Source: Octopus bimaculoides
Taxonomy: Eukaryota
NCBI RefSeq assembly: GCF_001194135.2
Contig: NC_069006.1
Location: forward strand, 1,456,834-1,489,014
DNA: 32,181 nucleotides
Direction: 5' to 3'
The notes under the pieces: model-generated
The model's input: only the letters and a program-made list of their open reading frames with translations
Databases searched by the model: none
What the model was told of the DNA's origin: nothing
Shown here: one piece after another, positions 23,587 through 32,181 of the stretch
Layout of the letters: every line of letters starts with the position of its first letter
Position numbering within the stretch: the stretch's first letter is position 1
Made by a program: the position numbers and the translations under genes

Positions 23587-24227
23587 CTGAGAGATACAAA
23601 CACACATATAAGTAACTTCACAATTAGCTATTAAACTGTATATACATATATCAATAAACATACACGTGCCAATACACACGCGCACACACACGCGCACACA
23701 CGCATACGCACACATACACATACGCATACACACGCAAACTCATAGGTATATACACGCATACATATACGCATACACATATATATTTGTGTGTATGTATACA
23801 TGTATTTATATACATATCTGTTAACGTATAGAAACACACACACGTATATATATGTTTATATATATGTATATATATGTATATACATACATATATATACATA
23901 TATATATGTATATGTATGTATCTATATATATATGTATATATATATATGTATGTATACACACACACACACACACAAACATATATGTATATATATATATATA
24001 TATATATNNNNNNNNNNNNNNNNNNNNNNNNNNNNNNNNNNNNNNNNNNNNNNNNNNNNNNNNNNNNNNNNNNNNNNNNNNNNNNNNNNNNNNNNNNNNN
24101 NNNNNNNNNNNNNNNNNNNNNNNNNNNNNNNNNNNNNNNNNNNNNNNNNNNNNNNNNNNNNNNNNNNNNNNNNNNNNNNNNNNNNNNNNNNNNNNNNNNN
24201 NNNNNNNNNNNNNNNNNNNNNNNNNNN

Positions 24228-24256
<29 letters not shown>
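23505..24256. repeat. (CA)n/(TA)n compound microsatellite block containing the gap at 24008-24227
   Basis: Direct reading. Confidence 0.93.
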
Positions 24257-24259
<3 letters not shown>

Positions 24260-24899
24260 TGTGCGTGTGTACAGGAACAAACACTTCCCACTACAAACAC
24301 ACCAGAAGTCAGTTTGTATTAGTCTCAAAGAGGAACAGACTTTTGCTTCTCACCCCTCACCTCCGACTCACCACCACCGCCTCCACCAGCTCACTGTTTC
24401 CTCTCCTCCCTCACCTCACCTTCATCTCCACATATACCAAGACCAAACATCATCAACTTCTCTTTAGGTGCCATCACAAACTCTACGTATGAAACGCACC
24501 AGTGGCAGTGGCAGCAGACATAGTAGCAGCAAGGGGAGCAGTGGTACCACAACCGCCAGCAGTACCAGTAATTCCAGCGTCCCTACTGTCCTCCCTCCGC
24601 CACAAACATCATAGCTCCCATCACGGCCAACATCACCACTACCATCATCAGCTTTCTCACCGTCACTACAACCAACATTACCAGCAACGACCCCTCTGCC
24701 ATGAATATTATACCTGCACCGCAACCACAGTCATGTCACCATTACCAATGTTGGCCCCCAGGGGTCGCCACATTAATACACGTTCTATTAGAAATGGCAA
24801 GTATATGTCCCTTAAGCGCAGTCAATCTAATTTGTCATGATAACAGTGTGTATAAGCAAATCAACCCTTCCCTCCGTTGACTGGGGTGGCACCTTGGTC

Positions 24900-25250
24900 A
24901 ACCACTGGGAACCCCTTAGCGTCCCTTCGTAAGGATACATAGAAGACATCGGCAGTAGAAAGCAATGTGGAGGAATCCTAGACCAACAGCTTGAAGCTTA
25001 TTGCGGCCCAGTGGACCTGTACCGTCTGACAACGGTTAAGCACCAAGTATCAAGTGAGTATGATAATTCAGAGAGGATCGTAAGTCTCTGATTGTCCTTC
25101 TGTACAAGGGAAGCATTTTTCCTCAGCTTTGATTCCACGCAGTTGAAAATTCAATTCAGTTCTAACTAGCCGCACCAGATTAGCTAAGCTTGTTCGTATT
25201 TCAGTAATATGGTGACTTTCTTATTCGCTAAATGAATGCCGATGTAGTGC
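24900..25250 (-). mobile_element. Decayed RTE-type LINE fragment
   Basis: Minus strand with frameshifts: YIG (25246-25238)...EIRTSLA...W...LYRRTI...ILSELSYSLDTWCLT, resembling YLG...EIxxRIA...W...LY...VLPVLLYGxETWxLT. Confidence 0.6.
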
Positions 25251-25280
25251 TAAATATTATTGAGATAAAACACAAAGAGT

Positions 25281-25694
25281 TACTCTTTTACTTGTTTCAG
25301 TCATTTGATTACAGCCATGCTGGAGCACCGCCTTTAGTCTAGCTAATCGACCTAAGGACTTATTCTTTGTAAGTCTAGTACTTATTCTATCGGTCTCTTT
25401 TGCCGAACCGCTAATTACGGAGACGTGAACACACCAGCATCGGTTGTCAAGCGATGGTGGGGGACAAACACAGGCACACAAACGCGCGCACGCGCACAGA
25501 CACACACAAACACACACACACACACACACACATACGACGGTCTTCTTTCAGTTTCCGTCTACCAAATCAACTCACAAGGCTTTGGTTGGCCCGAGGCTAT
25601 AGTAGAAGACACTTGCCCAAGGAGCCACGCAGTGGGACTGAACCCAGAACCATGTGGTTGGTAAGCAAGCTACTTACCACACAGCCACTCCTGC
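25281..25694 (-). mobile_element. SINE family A, full length, best-preserved copy
   Basis: Reverse complement gcaggagtggctgtgtggtaag... (A-box), ggttcagtccc (B-box), ccttgggcaagtgtctt, internal (TG)n, 3' ctgaaacaagtaaaagagta. Confidence 0.93.
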
Positions 25695-26993
25695 ATAAAT
25701 TGTTAACATCGGCTTCCTGGGTTGAATGAATAATGTATCGAAATTAAAATCACAAATTTCGTTGAAAATAGAAGACAGTTTTCATCGGAATGTAAACTAA
25801 ATGATTCGCTTACAGTCAATCACACACACTCGCTCAATATCTCTTATATAATATCAAATCATGCTTTCAATAATTCGGTATTTATTTTTCTACATATTTA
25901 CTTTCCGCAGCAGGTAACCAACATGGCTGACGTCGTCTTTAATCTGAGTGAGCTATTGACTTCGTTTATCTTATTCGCTACAACGTATCGCAGACATTGA
26001 AAAGTTTAACGAGTGCTAAGGTACTTTAATTTGATATGCAGAGACATTTCAACTAATTAAAATTTATTTTGCACTGAGGAGAATACAACATGGGTCCAAT
26101 TACGAATGTTAACGAAAGCTAATCAAGACATAGGGGTGACAAATCCTAAATTTTAATTAATTAAAACTAGAAAGAGTCAGAGAGGGAGGAAAGAAAAAGC
26201 TACAACTCATTGACTAAAATTAATTCAACACTGTTAACACACCAATAATAATTAATGAAATTAGCCACCAACAAGACGTTATGTATGCAAATTAGGTTGT
26301 TCAGTTTAATGGAATGCAATTATTTGTAAACATATAAACAATAACTATAGCCTTTGAAAGAAGTTTTTCAGTGAAGATTGAGATTAGCCAGGTTGATTTC
26401 TTTTTTTGCTATCCCCGATGATCGTTGTATAAAGAAACAGCGTGTATGCAACGATTTGTTAATTACCGCTATTGGCTACAACGTAAAATCTAGCGATATA
26501 TTCTGTATTTTGGTACGGTTGTAAAACCAGACACTGTTAACGAACTAGTAAGTTATTACACGATCTAGCAAACTAGAACGTGTTATAACATGCAATTTTT
26601 CTGTTTAATTAACTTCCGCCATTAATGATAAGATTTTAAGCAGTTTCTCTCTCTCTCCCTCTGGACAATTAAAATAGGTACACTAATTGTGATTAACTTA
26701 CAATCTTGTCCGCTTCAGCCTATATTTTCTGTTCACGAAGTGGTTATTTATATAAATGTTGTGCAGAAGTAGAACACACCTATTGGTTGGCTCCTAATGA
26801 ACTGTGTCACAATATAACTGGACATATGTAGAGAGCCTTCAACCGAGAGTTGCGTATTGTCGAGGGTTACAACCAAGTATCTTGAGTAGAACGATTTGCA
26901 AGGACGTTATTATTATCCCGTTAAATCGAACGTCAAACGTGCGATCCAACGATAAACATATTCTTTACATCTAATTACAGGTGAAATTTTGCA

Positions 26994-27105
26994 ATGGCGG
27001 AGTTCTTTGGTTAAGGACCACAATTTGCAACCACGTGGATTTGTGTTCAGTACTACTGCGAGACACCTTCGACAATTTTCATTAGCAATAACCCTGCGAC
27101 GGCCA
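26994..27105 (+). mobile_element. SINE family A, highly diverged 5' fragment
   Basis: caaccacgtggatttgtgttcagtactactgcgagacaccttcgacaa aligns with caaccacatggttctgggttcagtcccactgcgtggctccttgggcaa. Confidence 0.7.
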
Positions 27106-27109
27106 CTCT

Positions 27110-27450
27110 TTAAAATGTCACCGACAGCCTTATTTTCTTTTAAGAATTTCTTGATTGATGAGAGTTTGGTTCGTTCGATCTCACAGACGACAGTTTGAAA
27201 TTTTATCAGGCCAACAAATGATGAGGATGTAGCGCAGACATGTGTGTACGAAGGTCTGTAGGTTACGCTTTATAGCTTTGGTGGCTCTCCAAGTGTCTGA
27301 CTCATAAAAGAGAATGGCCTTGACATTGGAATTGAAAAGGAAGAGTTTCGTTTTGCGGGAGATGTCTTTAGAGTTTCAGACTGGTGGAAAGTCTTTGGGA
27401 ACACAGCAAGCATTTCTTATCATTGCACCTCTGATTATGAGATAAAAATC
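27110..27450 (-). mobile_element. RTE-clade LINE fragment, best-preserved LINE copy in the window
   Basis: One minus frame: IRNACCVPKDFPPV*NSKDISRKTKLFLFNSNVKAILFYESDTWRATKAIKRNLQTFVHTCLRYILIICWPDKISNCRL*DRTNQTLINQEILKRK*. This follows the RTE pattern TKxxxFNxNVKxVLLYGxETW...CLRxILxIxWPDxISN; all three stops fall at expected Trp positions. Confidence 0.9.
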
Positions 27451-27619
27451 CCTTGGGAGAGAAAGGGTCAAATCAAATGCAGCCTTCGTCATGTTCTATT
27501 CCAAGGAGTGTTTACCACAATATTTACTCTGTTATGTATAGCTTTGTTTGCTTCGATTATCATTGTTCCAAAAGAATTATTTGCGTTCTCTCGAAGATGA
27601 TCGACACCAAGAATATGTG

Positions 27620-27827
27620 TGTGCGTATATATACATACATTTATATATATACATACATTGCATACATATATATGTAAATATAGGTATATAAATATAGTTA
27701 TATATGTGTATATATGTGTGTGTGTATATACATATATACATACATACATTTCATACATATATATACATACATACATTACATACATACATATGTATATATA
27801 CATACATACATATATATACACACACAT

Positions 27828-27878
<51 letters not shown>

Positions 27879-27930
27879 TATATATGCATATATATATATA
27901 TATATATATATGTATACAATATTTAATATA
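27620..27930. repeat. (TA)n/(TACA)n/(CA)n compound microsatellite
   Basis: Direct reading. Confidence 0.95.
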
Positions 27931-28329
27931 TACACATACAAATACCTAGTGATGCACGAATATATATGTGTGCGACCGGGCGGTGGGTAATTTTGGAATA
28001 TGTTTCAGCAGAATTCAACATATATACACCAGCTACAGTCAACAGTTTACTAGAATACATTTAATTATCCCCGCAGAGTCGTGGCGGGTTGTTCTGTGCG
28101 GAGTCCGTTGTCTACTTTCTTTTTAACAGCCTCACATAGAACTACAACACATACATACGCACGCACATTCACACACAGACACGTATACACATGCACACAC
28201 GCATATACACACACAAACATATATATGTATAGAGAGAGAGAGAGAGACAGGGAATAAGTGAAAGGTGGTGAAATCATGAAAATTAAAGTAGACCAAGGTT
28301 AAACTTGGTAAACGGTGATTGTCTAATAA

Positions 28330-28351
28330 TGTGTATATACCATATATACTC

Positions 28352-28398
<47 letters not shown>

Positions 28399-28514
28399 AA
28401 TACATATATATATACATACATACATTTACATTTAACAAGTGTGAGACACAGATCGATACACATCTGTACATGTGCGCACATACACCTATATATTATACAA
28501 CATAGACAAATATA

Positions 28515-28550
<36 letters not shown>

Positions 28551-28580
28551 TATATTTGCGAGCGTGTGTATATATATATA

Positions 28581-28637
<57 letters not shown>

Positions 28638-28690
28638 ATCTATATTTATATATGTGTTTATATGTATATGTGTATAGATATATGTGTGCC

Positions 28691-28770
<80 letters not shown>

Positions 28771-28950
28771 CGTATGTATATATGTATATGTATATGTGTA
28801 TTTGTGTGTGTTTGTATATGTGGCTGTATATTTGTGCGTGATTTTATATGTGTGAGAAAATAATGACTAGCAGAGATATAGAGAGAAAGAGAGAAAGAGA
28901 GAGAGAGAGAGAAAGATAGAAAGAGAGAGAGAAAGAGAGAAAGAGAGAGC
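28330..28950. repeat. (TA)n/(TG)n/(GA)n compound microsatellite block
   Basis: Direct reading. Confidence 0.95.
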
Positions 28951-29356
28951 GCTGAACGGGGAGAAACTGGGAGAGTGTGGGAGTGTGGTGGTGGGAGGGG
29001 TGAAGAGAGAGATAATATCCATTGCTGCAAAATGACGAAAATAGTAACATGGCGACTGTGGAGTGACTAAATACTAAAGTTTATATGATATGTGTGTCTG
29101 GAGAAGAGTCATATTTTAATTGTAGAAGGCGTGGGGGGGGGGAGGNNNNNNNNNNNNNNNNNNNNNNNNNNNNNNNNNNNNNNNNNNNNNNNNNNNNNNN
29201 NNNNNNNNNNNNNNNNNNNNNNNNNNNNNNNNNNNNNNNNNNNNNNNNNNNNNNNNNNNNNNNNNNNNNNNNNNNNNNNNNNNNNNNNNNNNNNNNNNNN
29301 NNNNNNNNNNNNNNNNNNNNNNNNNNNNNNNNNNNNNNNNNNNNNNNNNNNNNNNN

Positions 29357-29810
29357 GGGGGGGGGGGAGGAACTCGTGGTGATGGTGGCGGTGGTGGTGG
29401 TGGTGGTGGTGGTGGCTGTGATGTCAGCGATGATGCCTGATAACGATGATGTTGCTGATGTTGTTGAAGGTGATAATGATAATGATGATGATGAGGATGA
29501 TGAAGGTGAGGATGATGATGATGATGGTGATGAGGATGCTGACGCTGTTGGCGGCGATATGCATGTTGATGATGACGACGACGCCGACGATGACAGCGAA
29601 AATGATGTTGATGATGATGATGATGATGATGATGAGAAGGAGGAGGGGAAGACGCCGCCGACAACGTTGAAAATAATGAGGAAGAGGAGGAGGAGGAAGA
29701 GGAAGCAGAGGACGATGATGATGGTTGTGATTGTTGTGGTTTCTACAATGGCGCCGGTCATGTTGCTGACATTGTTGGTGGCGGTGGTGGTGGCGGTGGT
29801 TTTCTTATGC
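29357..29810. repeat. Poly-G then (GGT)n/(GAT)n/(GAG)n degenerate trinucleotide tract
   Basis: Direct reading; gives poly-D/M/V/S/H ORFs. Confidence 0.9.
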
Positions 29811-30075
29811 TAATTACTCGTCTTGCTATTCTGTGTTAATTACCTTCGATGAAAGAGGGGGCGTTGTTGTCGTTATTAGGTCTTTCTAATATCAAATCCC
29901 ACCCAACCCTCAAGCCATCCCCCACCCCCAGTGGTAAATATAGAAACGGTTCTTGTAGTTGTTTTAGATGTTATTGTTGCTGTTGTTATAGTTTTTCTCT
30001 TGTTCACAAAATCAGCATTATTATCATTATTATTTTCCCTCTTCTTCTTCTTCTTCTTCTTATTATTATTATTAA

Positions 30076-30261
30076 GGGCGGCGGGCTGGCAGTATCGTTA
30101 GCACGCCGTGCAAAATACTTAGCGGTATTTCGCTCGTCGCTGCGTTCTGAGTTCAAATACCGCCGAGGTCGACTTTGCCTTTCATCCTATCGAGATCGAT
30201 AAAATAAGTTGTAGTCTAACACCGGGGTCGATGTAATCCGCCTAGTTCCCTCCCACAAAAT
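30076..30261 (+). mobile_element. SINE family D, 3'-truncated
   Basis: gggcggcgggctggcagtatcgttagc...gagttcaaatacc (B-box-like)...gtcgactttgcctttcatcc; aligns with 31786-31993. Confidence 0.88.
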
Positions 30262-30278
30262 GGCGAATAACGAGGGAG

Positions 30279-30492
30279 GGTTTCCCGGTTTCAGTAACGT
30301 AGAAATTCCCCCCACCAGGACGAAACGCCGGTCCGTCGCAGGATTACTCACTTTTGCCAGCTGAGTGGACTGGGGAAAGGTGAAATGAAGTGTTTTGCTG
30401 CGGGACAGAACGTGTCGCCCTGTCCAGGAATCGAAACCACAATCTTACAATCATGAGTACAACACCTTAACCACTAAGCCACATGCGTCCAC
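30279..30492 (-). mobile_element. SINE family B
   Basis: Reverse complement tggcttagtgg (A-box), ggtttcgattcc (B-box); aligns with 17340-17562. Confidence 0.88.
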
Positions 30493-30510
30493 AGTTCCTT
30501 CCTCAACCTT

Positions 30511-30743
30511 AGGCTCATTAAACCAGTTTCCTGGATTCTGTGGAGTATATATTCCCTGCTAGCCTTTGGATGGAACACTGGACTGTCGCAGAATTACCCA
30601 TTTTTGCCAGCTGAGTGGACTGGAGCAACGTGAAAAGGAGTGTCATGCTCAGGGTCACAACGTATCGCCCGGTCCAGGAATCGAAACCACAATCTTATGA
30701 TCATGAGTTCAACACCCTAACCACTAAGCCAAGACGCCTCCAC
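30511..30743 (-). mobile_element. SINE family B, tandem partner
   Basis: Same structure; 18-bp spacer to the previous copy. Confidence 0.88.
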
Positions 30744-30879
30744 AGCATGTTGGGCAAGCATTTTCTACTACAACTGCGTGTCACCCAATGATTCGTGGGT
30801 GAATTCGGCAGTGATGGGACTGTATGGGTTGTGATAAAGCATTGCAGAGGACGGAGTAATGTTGGAAGAGGTCTAATGT

Positions 30880-31330
30880 TGGTTGTGCAATTTACGATTT
30901 CAGTAGTCGAGAAATTAGTGGTAATTAATTTAATAGCGATGACAGTGGTGGTAGCAATGGTGATGACGGCGTTGTTGTTGGTGGTGGTGGTGATGGGGCG
31001 GTGCCGATAGTGGTTGTTGTTGTGGTGGTAGTGTTTGTAGCAGCGTTAGAGTTTCTTGGGGTGCTAGCGAAAGGATTGTAGAGAATTGCATCAGCGGAAG
31101 TGATTGAGGTCAGAGTAGGTCACGCTATGACATGGCAAGATTGAAGCTGGTGTTGTTGTTGTCGTTGCTGGCAGCGTAAGGAGAGAAAATAATAGAGGCG
31201 GTGGTGGAGATGGTGTTGGATTTCATTGACATTTATTCTGTTGCCAAAAGAGCGGTTCGTAGTGGATGAGAGTAGATTGTGTTGTGTAGTTATTATCGTT
31301 GTCATCGCGGTGATGTATTTGATGTCGGTG
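30880..31330. repeat. Degenerate (GGT)/(GTT)/(GAT) trinucleotide-derived tract
   Basis: Direct reading. Confidence 0.75.
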
Positions 31331-31424
31331 CAGTTAATAAAGCTCTAGATTCTGGCGATGGAATTGCTGTTGTGACTACTGTCTAGCCTCAAGTCAGCGC
31401 AAATTAAAAATATTTCTGCTGAGA

Positions 31425-31545
31425 TCATGCTGTCTAATTACCATGTGCAGGGAGCTTAAGGCGACATTCTCTAATGGATACCTTCCGGAGGCAGTGCAGT
31501 TTGATTTCAATAATACACACCTGCTATTTCTAGCGAGGACAGCGA
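31425..31545 (-). mobile_element. Degenerate interspersed repeat fragment (family E)
   Basis: Patchy similarity to 11085-11260 in the opposite orientation. Confidence 0.3.
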
Positions 31546-31707
31546 TAACCTAAAGGTTACTTAATGTGGGCATGACGATTGTTACAATGCTAGTGGTTGT
31601 GTTATGCCAGCATGTATTTATATAGTGGTATCGATGATGATGGTATAGGCAGAAGTCATACTAGTGGCTGTGATGGAAGTAGTAGTAGTGCTGGTTGAAG
31701 TAAAATC

Positions 31708-31776
31708 CTTTTCTACTCTAGGCAGAAGGTCCGAAATTTTTGGGGCGGCGTTTTAACGTTTCTGCCAGCTCGCCGC
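31708..31776 (-). mobile_element. SINE family D, internally deleted (head fused to tail)
   Basis: Tail cttttctactctagg...gaaatttttgggg joined directly to head cggcgttttaacgtttctgccagctcgccgc. Confidence 0.8.
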
Positions 31777-31785
31777 GTAAATATT

Positions 31786-31993
31786 CTTTTCTACTCACGC
31801 ACAAGGTCCGAAATTTTGTGGGAGGGGGCCAGTCAATTAGATTGACTCCAGTACGCAGCTGGTACTTAATATATCGATCCCGAAAGGATGAAAGGCAAAG
31901 TCGACCTCTGCGAAATTTGAACTCAGAACGTAAAGACACGAAATGCTGTTTATGCATTTTGCCCGGCGTGCTAACGTTTCTACCAGCTTACCG
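31786..31993 (-). mobile_element. SINE family D, full length
   Basis: Complete head-to-tail alignment with 30076-30261, plus the agtagaaaag tail. Confidence 0.9.
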
Positions 31994-32001
31994 TCTGAAT
32001 A

Positions 32002-32181
32002 TTTTTTTCTACTTAGGCACAAGTCCCGAAGTTTTTTTGTTTTTTTGTGGGTGGTGGTGGTAGGGGAGGATCGGGGTGCTGGTCGATTAGATCGACCCAA
32101 GCATTTACCTGGTACTTAATTTATCTACCCCGAAAGGATAAAAAGCAAAGTCGACTTCGCTGGAATTTGAACTCGGAACGT
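32002..32181 (-). mobile_element. SINE family D, cut by the window end
   Basis: Tail ttttctacttaggcacaag...gtcgacttcgctggaatttgaactcggaacgt; has a GT-rich expansion at about 32035-32075. Confidence 0.88.

Larger units (their letters stand above)
4361..29356. other. 13 assembly gaps (N runs) spread over this span
   Basis: 4361-4760, 5782-6089, 12069-12349, 13097-13675, 14246-15049, 15589-15598, 16573-16738, 17732-18158, 19199-19609, 20820-21679, 22822-22934, 24008-24227, 29146-29356. Nearly all are bordered by (TA)n/(CA)n; the last is bordered by poly-G. Confidence 0.99.

Noticed and set aside
24330-24840. Pro/Ser/His-rich frames including ORF 24502-24840 and an acceptor-like ctctttag at 24466
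   Set aside because: Degenerate CAN-trinucleotide sequence; each frame closes and none resembles a known protein.
27110-27450. Trp-to-stop changes (TGG to TGA/TAA/TAG) as an editing or deaminase signature
   Set aside because: Trp codons are one G-to-A transition from a stop, so ordinary GC-to-AT decay explains it. ADAR editing gives A-to-G, the opposite direction.
49-29813. The many ORFs made of [12 protein letters not shown], poly-I/L/D/M/H/Q or X
   Set aside because: They are translations of microsatellites or N-gaps, open in several frames and on both strands at once, with no domain content.

Overview
Repeat-dense, non-coding eukaryotic DNA from a draft assembly with 13 N-gaps (about 4.8 kb). 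The extreme microsatellite load and the SINE/LINE families look like an octopus/cephalopod genome; this is inference from recalled repeat families, not a database result. I cannot support any intact protein-coding gene: the ORF track is almost entirely translated microsatellite, N-gap or decayed retrotransposon. What I can support: four tRNA-headed SINE families (labelled A-D, 13 copies or fragments, some in head-to-tail arrays); about ten decayed RTE-type LINE fragments, including a 3' end with tandem C2H2 zinc fingers and a terminal hairpin; two short (TA)n-embedded elements carrying a minimal type-I hammerhead-ribozyme-like motif of the Penelope kind; a probable Tc2/pogo-like transposon end; and many simple and compound microsatellites. 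The most interesting leads are the hammerhead-bearing elements, the LINE-borne zinc fingers, the SINE tandem arrays and two speculative exon candidates.
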